Below are positions 33,288 to 42,512 of a stretch of DNA of 42,512 nt, one piece after another. Source of the DNA: Dimorphilus gyrociliatus. Taxonomy: Eukaryota > Animalia > Annelida. The stretch covers positions 71,544 through 114,055 of the forward strand of contig CAJFCJ010000072.1 in assembly GCA_904063045.1 (NCBI GenBank). Direction: 5' to 3'. The notes under the pieces are model-generated. The model was not told where the DNA came from, did no database searches, and was given only the letters and a program-made list of their open reading frames with translations. Position numbers and translations under genes: made by a program. How positions within the stretch are numbered: position 1 is the first letter of the stretch; every line of letters begins with the position of its first letter.

Positions 33288-35490
33288 ATGGACAAGTGTT
33301 CTATTTGCAATGATAAATTTGTTGGTAGGCAAATAAAAGGCCAATGCTCATTGTGCCTGCATATTTGTCATATAAAATGCCTGCATGGTTTGTACTATCT
33401 TCTATTTGAAAAACATTTACTGTTTTTTTTTCTTCCAGATTCATCAACAGCATCACCACTCTGTTTTATTTGTTATAAAATAAGTAAAAAAACCTGTTTT
33501 GTGATGTTAAAGAGAATTGATGAACCAAAAAAATGCAGGGAAAGTGTACCAATAAAAAGTAATTCTACTGCAAAACTTAATGAGAAGGAAGAAGCAATTG
33601 TTGAATATCCAGAAAAGAATATTGAGGAGAATATCAGCATGACTGAGGAAAAATTAAAAATTGATGAGAAAGGAGACAATAATCAAGGACAAGAAAAGAG
33701 TACTGAAGAGTTCACAGAAGAATTGAGGTTATCTATATCATGGAGTAGCAATGACAATAATGATGAAAGTATAAACACAAAGGTTGACAAAGGAAATATC
33801 ATTAATGGAAGTGATATTGAATATGATAATGAAATTGAAGTTGAAAATTTTGAAACAATTCAAAATGCATATATAGAATCTGAAAAAATTGAGGAAGAAT
33901 CTTTTGAAAGTGAAACATCTGCCAAAGAAAATTCTTCTGACAATTTTCATTTTAAAATTCTGCCACATGGAAGTCAAAAAGGCAAAGACTTACTTTTTCA
34001 CAAAGGTTTTTCATATACTATTAAATTAAAAACAAAAACAACTACTGTATGGACTTGTTCTGTCAGAAGCAAAAAAAGAAAATGTAAAGCAAGCATCAAG
34101 CATAAAGGAAGCAATTTTGCAATTGGGACAAACATTCATTGTCATTCACCAATAAAAAATTTAGAAACCAGGATTTGTATAAGAAATGAAATCAAAGACA
34201 ATTGTTCTAGTGATATAAATTCTTCAGGTAAAAGAATTGTTGAAAATGTTCTTGTCAAGTATTCTAGTGCTTCAAACTTACCAAATATAATTAATTGTAA
34301 AGAAGTGGCAAATTGGAATAGAAGGAAGAACAGGCCTATTGTACCCAATGATAAAAACTTTGAGCTGAATATGACATTCATTCCTCCTGAATTTTTAAAG
34401 AAGGATATAAATATGAATAATGAGAGGATCATTATCTTTGCAACAAATCATCAATTGGAGCTTTTGTCAAAGGGGAAAATTTGGTACCTTGATGGTACTT
34501 TTAAGATTGCCAATGAACCTTTTGTACAACTTTGGTTATATTTTACATGCTTGAACTCTATTATTTTATGCAACATATACATGTACATCTTAAAACCTAC
34601 GCAAGAAAATGCTATAACATTGGCCAAACATAAGTCTGATTAGTCAGCTTGAAGGCTCATCTTTAATTACCAATAAAGGTTTGGCCAAGTTATAATTTAA
34701 TTAACTTGCCTAGGGTGTGGCCAAGTTATAATTCAATTAACCTTCCTAAATGTTGAACCTTGTAACATCCTGTTACTAAAGATAAATATGAACTACACAT
34801 TTCGGCAACTGTAAAGTGATGATTGGATGTCAGAGACAAACCTCAAAGTATATAAATTCTCATTATTCTCATTTGGCATGCAGCTTCCATCTGGACCCAA
34901 GGACCTGGGAAAATCATCTGGAAACAACCTCCACTGGAACCATCCATCTACTCCTCAACATTGGAAGACAGTTTGGTAATTTGGCAACCTGCTTTTACAA
35001 ACTATCTACTCTGCTATCGAACTCTCATATTGTTACTTGCTTAAGTATTATTATTGCGAATAAACCGTTTTAATTTAAACATTTGTTTAAAGGTTCGAGT
35101 AGAACCAGTATTGTTATAACTTGCAAACGCATAGATTTTGCCAGCAAGAGCAGTACACTTTCATTCAAATGTACTCTATTCATGTATTTTTGAAAAAAAA
35201 TGGACAGCTTAAGCAAGTTCCTTTGCTTTTTTCTTTTCTGTCTTCTAAAAAAAAGAGAGCATATAAACTACTTTTCCAGGTAAGAATTACATTTCATAAA
35301 TATACTTACTAATAAGCAATCATGTTAAATTTTTAAGGCTGTGAAGGATTTAGCTGAAAATTGTGCTCCTAAGAAAAGAGTCTTAGACTATGAAAAGGCT
35401 GTTTGGAAAACTTTACAAAATATATGGCCTGATGCTATCTTGACTGGATGTTCATTTCACTGGTCTCAGGCAATATTTAGAAAAATTCAG
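33288..35490 (+). mobile_element. PHD-like + FLYWCH + MULE transposase (Phantom-type Mutator), interrupted and 3'-truncated
   Basis: N-terminal CxxC..CxxC..HxxC..CxxC; FLYWCH-like LFHKGFSY..WTC..C..HCH; WYLDGTFK; exon QMYSIH..VPLLF; GT-AG intron 35280-35337; exon 35338-35490 with LDYE and GCSFHWSQA. Confidence 0.85.
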
Positions 35491-36148
35491 GTTTATTGAT
35501 TTCTAAAATTTTTAACAATCCAATTGTACTGCTCTTGCTGGCAAAATCTATGCGTTTGCAAGTTATAACAATACTGGTTCTACTCGAACCTTTAAACAAA
35601 TGTTTAAATTAAAACGGTTTATTCGCAATAATAATACTTAAGCAAGTAACAATATGAGAGTTCAATAGCAGAGTAAATAGTTTGTAATAGCAGGTTGCCA
35701 AATTACCAAACTGTCTTCCAATGTTGAGGAGTAGATGGATGGTTCCAGTGGAGGTTGTTTCCAGATGATTTTCCCAGGTCCTTGGGTCCAGATGGAAGCT
35801 GCAGGCCAAATGAGAATAATGAGGATTTATATACTTTGAGGTTTGTCTCTGACATCCAATCATCACTTTACAGTTGCCAAAATGTGTAGTTCATATTTAT
35901 CTTTAGTAACATCCTGTTACAAGGTTCAACATTTAGGAAGGTTAATTGAATTATAACTTGGCCACACCCTAGTCAAGTTAATTAAATTATAACTTGGCCA
36001 AACCTTTATTGGTAATTAAAGATGAGCCTTCAAGCTGACAAATCAGACTTATGTTTGGCCAATGTTATAGCATTTTCTTGCGTAGGTTTTAAGATGTACA
36101 TGTATATGTTGCATAAAATAATAGAGTTCAAGCATGTAAAATATAACC
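34534..36148. repeat. Inverted repeat: 624-bp arms (34534-35157 and 35525-36148), 367-bp spacer
   Basis: The arms are reverse complements with about ten differences (~98%). Confidence 0.95.
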
Positions 36149-37300
36149 TTGTTTTCCAAATTTTGTTTGGTGATTTTTGTTATATTGCAAAAACTTTCTA
36201 ACTGGTTGTCCTTTTCTGATAAAGAATGGAAGAGAAACTTGTTTTGTTGCAAAATCAATAAGAGCTCCAGCATTATCTAAGAAATCACAACCAAGTATTA
36301 TAGCCATATCTAGTTTTTCCATAATAAAGTATTCTTGTTCCATAATTCTTCCATTAAATTGAATATTCAGTTTTGGGTTTCCTTTTGTCTTTAAAGCATT
36401 TCCCTCTGCTGAAGTGATGATTGGTAAGCCTGTAGTTTCTTTCTTGATGAATTTAGAATCCATTAACCTGATTTCTTTTTCTGTAATAAATGACAAAAGT
36501 GCTCCTGAATCACATATAGGAATAACCTCTCTTCCATTCTGATATCCTTTTCTTTAATGCTTTCCATCAATTTTTGAAGAGCAATGAAATGTTCTTGTAA
36601 AAACAATAATGTCCTCCATATAGTTGATACAAAAATTTTCCAATCCATTTATGACAAAATTAGCCATGATGTAACTAAAATGTGAAGGTGCATTTGCCAA
36701 ACCAAAAGTCATTTGATTGAATTCAAATAGACCAAATGGTGTAATGAAGGCAGTTTTCTCTTTATCTTCCTCTTTAATGGGAATGTGGTGAAATGCACTT
36801 GTCAAATCTAGAATAGAGAAGTATTTGTGTCCTCCTCCAAGTTTGTCAAATAAATCTTCTTGATGTGGAATTGAATAGCAATTCTTTTTAGACTGTTTGT
36901 TGAGTTTTCTGTAATCTACACACATCCTCAATGTTCCTTCTTTTTTCTTAACAAAAACCATGGGTGAAGCCCATGGTTTACAATAACTGCCTGAATGTGT
37001 ACAAACATCCCACTCCTTTAAGACCTTGCTTCCATGAAAGGTCTTGGGCTTGATTCAATCAAGGTTTCTCCATTCCTTGTAAATGTTCATCAAACATTTT
37101 GTGGTATCACTAGCAGTTACAGGGTATGGTCCACTCCATTTGCTTGTATTTATTCTGTTCATCCATTGACCAATGTGTTCATTTCTTATTTGTACCCAGT
37201 CACCAATTTTGTAAGTTGCAGGTTTCCTTGTGATAGACTTATTCATTCTATCTCTGTATTCTTTCTTTTTCATGACAGATTTGCAGAGTGCAGTTGCTCT
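36147..37300 (-). mobile_element. Scrambled fragments of a diverged member of the same gypsy family (IN C-terminus, env tail/PPT/LTR start, RT, PR)
   Basis: Each block aligns to copy B. RT here reads YMED and MTFGLANAP; env is almost entirely absent; domain order is permuted. Confidence 0.88.
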
Positions 37301-37759
37301 GGGATGGGGGTGCAAATGTACCCATGGCAGGTTGAAGCCTACCTTAATATATCTGAAATTGAGTGTAATATCTGTGTTTTTTTTATTCCCTAACCCTAAA
37401 TTGCAGCCCCTCTAACAATAAATTCATCCAAATAGTCAAACTAACCCTTTCCTAAAATGTTTTCTTGGCTGGAAATATTTGCTAACAGGTACATTCCCAC
37501 CCAACCCCATTGCTCTGATTTCCTCTAGTTCATGCTTTCTATCAAATATAAATTTGAATGTGTACAGAGTGTAAGAGAGGTTTATACTAATAAATATATA
37601 AGTATTACTCATAAACAAAATGAATGATAAGAAGGGGTTAAGAACACCTTTAAAAATTATATAAAACAACAATATTGACATAATGATAACTTGGCTTACT
37701 ACCAATTTAGGTGATGTGCTTTTTGACTACAGACAATTATACAGAAAGCCCTGAAAGGA

Positions 37760-38095
37760 TGTTTGTACACATACATTCATCAGCTATATTCTACAATAGA
37801 GAAGTAGTATTGAACCAGTATTGTACTATGCAGATAGCACTGATAAAGATAAGCAGTAGTGACCTAGTTTCGCATAGGTCAGTGCATACACATTATGCAG
37901 CAATAAAACCTATTGAATTATATAAAGAATATTTGCTATTTGCAACCTAGCATTAATATTACAATTTATTAATCCATCAATTTATGATTTCGAACTAAAA
38001 CTAGTTCAATTAATTATCAATTATGCTTAAATTCTAAGTTTAGATTATATTCACTATTCAACAGTATTGTATACACAATACTGTTCTTTTTAACA
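37760..38095 (+). repeat. Partial LTR (first 336 bp) of the same family
   Basis: Starts at the LTR TG, preceded by GGA like the PPT end; the match stops at ..ctttttaaca. Confidence 0.92.
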
Positions 38096-38333
38096 CGTAA
38101 AAGATGACAAGGCCAAATATTACCTTTATTTTTTTGGCCTCTGTCACCTTGAGAGCAAATATTCTTTATATATGCACGTGAAACATGTCAAACCAGTTTT
38201 TCAGGTCTTTTAGTTAGTCTAAATACTTTCAAAGGATATATATATATATATTTGTGTGTGTGTATGTAAACTCTACACTTTGAATATAGCTTGACATTTT
38301 TTGGCTAATAAAATCTTTAATCTTTTTCGCAAA

Positions 38334-38635
38334 ATGAAATACATCCTCAATATTTGTCTGGTTTTAATTCTGGCTAATTTGGCATTTTCTACACTTTTAG
38401 AAGATGAATTGATGGAACTATTATCTAAAAAAGATGACATATTAATGGAAAAACTTGTAATGAGAGAACTACTAAAAAAGGTATAGCAAAAAGATAGTTT
38501 GGCTGTCTCTTATATTTCTCATTTCAGAGTTCTGCTCAAGTAGAATACACATGCAATTATTGTAAAACCTCTTACAAAAATTATTGTGGACGTTATAAAT
38601 ATATTTGCTCTAGAGATTATGGTATAACATTCTAA
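38334..38635 (+). CDS. Two-exon 84-aa secreted prepropeptide (exons 38334-38480 and 38528-38635)
   Basis: A phase-0 47-nt GT-AG intron joins MKYILNICLVLILANLAFS (signal) + TLLEDELMELLSKKDDILMEKLVMRELLKK (acidic propeptide, dibasic end) to SSAQVEYTCNYCKTSYKNYCGRYKYICSRDYGITF*. Confidence 0.75.
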
Positions 38636-39391
38636 TCAACTTAGATTCATGTCAACAAATAATAAGTTTCCTATATACTTAACCTGAGCTGAACAGTTGT
38701 GTATATTTCTTCATAAACAATACATTCTTTTAAATTTTTATGTTGTATTTTCCATTGTATTTTATTGATGAGGCATTGTAGAAATTTCTTGTAAATTGCC
38801 AAGATAGATCTTTTTTCTTGGCTCAATCTGGCCCTGTAATTATCTGAGGAAATCAGGGAACAACTATATGACCTACTAGAGCTGTTGTCAACATAGGATA
38901 AATTTAATTTTAATATTTGAGTTGAATATCAATTATCTACAATTGGCTGTAGAATTAAAGAAAACCATAGTGATGTGTAAATAGAGTATTGCTCTATACT
39001 TATTTAAAATTACATATGCATGGTTGAGCTAGTCTGATGAATATACTTTTAATGCCTTTTTTTGTTGTGTATTATAATTCATACAAAAATATGGTATCAA
39101 TATATTCTGTTAAAGAATTTTTAGGAGCACTTTTAATGTACATTCACACCCTAACTCCATTAAAAACAGACACTAAACACTATATTTAACAACAAGTGAG
39201 ACCTCAAACACATTGGATAATTATGAAAAATTGATATCATTAGATTCAAAAATTTGGCATAGCACAATAAAAAGGTAAATTTAAAAATAAGAGAAACAAA
39301 ATCTATGGTTACTTTTTTAAAAAAAAAAATTCTAAGGGATATAATTGAAAAATTGAATTTGGATAAGAAATTTTCTCTGTTCAAGATCACA

Positions 39392-42300
39392 ATGGAAAAG
39401 ATAAAGGGACAGTTTTCCTAATAATACTTGCCAGATTGCTCATTGTTTGTGTTATGTGTTGTTTTTACTTGAATAGAATTTTTAAACAGAAACACTATGT
39501 TTTAAAGCTGTGTTCCAGGTTTGCTGTACCATTTTTAGTGCATAACCTACTGAAAGAACTATTAAATGCAGCAACTGGAAAAAGCTATTTAATAGTACTA
39601 ATCATAAGTTAGCTATAATTATTTAAAACCATTTATATATTGATATCTTAACTTTAACAGCATTCTGTTCATTGCTTGAAAGCATCATTTTAAATTATGT
39701 CATTATTTCATTAACAAAATGTGGCCTTGGTTTAAAATCTGGTCTAGGATGTTGTATTTTTCAAAAGATTTTAAAAATTGATTATGAAAGTTTACACAAA
39801 GCAACAGCTGGAAAAATTATGGCAATTTTCTCTACTGACCTAGAAAAAATACCATATACCATGCTATATTTTGCTCTAGCCATTGGATCAATTATAGCCA
39901 TATTTACAACACCAATTGTTATTGGCATTCTTCATGGTTATCCTTCAGGATTTGCTTGCTTTCTAACAATTATTAGTATTTCAACATTTCAGTCATATAA
40001 GGCATATGAGCAAGGTTTTCAGAGATCAAAGATTGCATCTAAAACTGATAAAAGAATACATTATATGAATGAAATTTTAACTGGAATGGAAACAATTAAA
40101 ATTCAAGTTTGGGAAAAATATTTTTCTGAAAAAATTTCTTTTCTGAGAAAAAAAGAAATATTGAACCTTTTAAAATCCTTTAAACACACAATATTATTTA
40201 GAGTCTTTAGTACAATTGGCATCAAAGTTGTTATTATCTCTTCTATTGTAGTAGCAAAATTAACTAGGCCAGAAACATTAAACTCTCCTTCAATAGTGAG
40301 ATTTATTGGTCTAGTTTTCCTTTTGCATACTGATATCTTTTTCCTTTTCCCAGAATTTATTCATGGTTTAAAAGAGTATTTAATCTGTTTGAAGAAAATA
40401 GAGGCTGAGTAAAATGAATTTTTAAGCATATCAATTAATTGTATATTTTTTAACCATACAGGATATATTACTTATAAATAATAGATTAACAAATAGAAGT
40501 ATGAAAATGCCATCTTTGAATGACAAAGACAACAGCAATTTAAATTTCATGCATTTAAAAAATGTTGATTTTAGCTGGGAAGGAAAAGATAATTCCAAAT
40601 TGATTTTTAAAAATATAAACCTATGTACTCAATCTCCATCTTTAATTGGCATCTATGGAAAGACTGGCTCTGGAAAAACTACACTACTGCTAACAATACT
40701 TGAAGAGCTTAGCCCAATAAATGGGTCTATTAACATTCCACTAAAAAAATCCTATTTATCCCAAGATTCTTGGCTGTTAAATGAATCAATTATGGATAAT
40801 ATAGTATTCGGAGATACATTCAATTTCATAAAATATTCCAAAGTTTTACAAATATGTTCACTTCAACAGGTAGAAAAAAAATAAGAGAAATATATAATTT
40901 GTTTTTAATTTTGCCAAATTGAATATTCCTTTTAAGGATCTGGAAAATTTTCCAAATGGCGATAAGACAATTATTGGAGAGAGGGGAGTTATTCTCAGTG
41001 GTGGTCAAAAGTCTAGAAAATGCCTTGCGAGAGCGGTTTATAGAGATGCAGATATCTATATATTGGATGATCCTTTTAGTGCATTAGATAAAACTGTTGC
41101 AAGGCAGGTAATGAATAATTGCATACTTGACTACCTAAGGGAAAAAATAGTATCTCATCAAGTACACTTTCTGCAACAAGCAAATAGAGTGTTTTTGTTA
41201 GAAAATGGTACACTAAAACAAGTTGAAAAGATGCAAATATCAATTGCAGATTATAGAAAAACACAGAATAATAAATTAATTTCATATCAGGAGGATGAGC
41301 AATACATGGATGAAAAAGCTAAAGATGGATTATCCAACTGGAAAACTTATAAAGCCTACTTTGATAGTGGTAGCTATATTGTACTTGGCCTATATGTGAT
41401 TTTATTTGGTCTAATGTTTACTTTGAAAATTTATATTGATACTAAAATTAATGCTTTTGCTACAAATTCATGGTCAACAAATAATCTCTTTCAAGTTATT
41501 GTCATCTTATTCCTCATTATTATAATAGAACTTGGAAGACAAATGCTTTATTATATAAACATTTGCTTATGCTCTGTGAATCTTCACAATGAAATGTTTA
41601 CCAAAGTAATGTCAGCTGGCATGAGATTCTTTAATATTTGTCCAAAAGGAAGAACTCTGAACAGATTTTCAAGAGATATGGGTTTAATAGACTTGTATTT
41701 GTACTTCAATGTTGACTCAATAATCATTTACACTGGAGGAATGATGTTCTCACTAGCTCTTGCTGCATGTAATATAAAAATCTTACTTATACCAATAGTC
41801 CTATTATTTATAGCTACCTATTTTACAATTGCAAAGATAGCCCACTATCCCAGTAAATTAAAGAGGCTTGATAGTATAACTGCAAGTCCTATCTATGAAA
41901 TGTTAGATACTACTCTAACAGGACTTTCAACCATTCGATGTTTTGAACGAGAAGAGCAGTTGATGGATAAATTTTATGAAATTAACAACACGAATCTCCA
42001 ATATTTCTATATATTGAATGCTTACAATATTTTCTTAGGTAGAATACTATTTTGTTGGGTTTTTATAGCTCAGTTATGCACAAATATTGCTTGTGTTTAC
42101 TTCTCAACTCCTAAGACTGCATTTATTAATATTTTGGCTATACTTTACATTGCTAATGTAGTGGTTGGATTAATTTAGGGTCTAAGAACTTTTATTACAG
42201 TAGATGGAATTGTAGGTGTTTTCTTTGGCTTTTTTTTAATTTTTTGAATATTCTAGAATAATTTATAAGCAATCATTATACATTATATTATATATATGAT

Positions 42301-42512
42301 TTAGATGACATCAGTTGATCAAATAAAGGAGTATTCTAATCTTCCATCAGAAGAGTGCAAAAAATACTTGAATGAGGAGAGATCATCACTGGTACAATCC
42401 AGCTGGCCTTGTAATGGAAATTTACAGCTTGTTAATGTTTCAATGAGATACGATACCAAATTACCATACACACTCTTCTCTATTAATTTATATATTAAAT
42501 CTGGAGAAAAGG
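39392..42512 (+). CDS. ABCC (MRP4-like) ABC transporter, multi-exon; start uncertain, runs off the right edge
   Basis: TMD1 (DKRIHYMNEILTGMETIKIQVWE), NBD1 Walker A GKTGSGKT, signature LSGGQK, Walker B YILDDP, TMD2 GRTLNRFSRD..GLSTIRCF, start of NBD2 at the window end. Confidence 0.88.

Overview
AT-rich animal genomic scaffold with short (~45-75 nt) introns, probably a compact-genome invertebrate; an annelid or other lophotrochozoan is a guess from gene content only. The window is dominated by two near-identical copies of an envelope-bearing Ty3/gypsy (errantivirus-like) LTR retroelement of ~9.6 kb, lying head-to-head around a 952-N gap (6284-12787 minus; 13740-22732 plus). The element has 939-bp TG..CA LTRs, a tRNA-Ser-type PBS and a PPT. 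It carries a 63-nt repeat array encoding SUMO-interacting-motif-like peptides between protease and RT, and a class III (rhabdovirus-G/chuvirus/gB-like) fusion glycoprotein fused in frame to integrase. To its right lie a cluster of intronless virus-like ORFs (an OTU protease and a possible TBP-like fold), then a pair of ~260-bp direct repeats that each contain a type I hammerhead ribozyme core and flank a gypsy gag-knuckle/protease remnant. Further right are an intronless CBM14-TSP1-C1q pseudogene and a patchwork of partial LTRs, a FLYWCH-MULE (Phantom-like) transposase, a 624-bp fold-back and scrambled gypsy fragments. Host genes are a minus-strand SRCR/C-type lectin/LDLa mosaic gene at the left end, an LRR fragment, a two-exon secreted cysteine-rich prepropeptide gene, and an ABCC transporter running off the right end. 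All calls come from reading motifs by eye; no searches were run.
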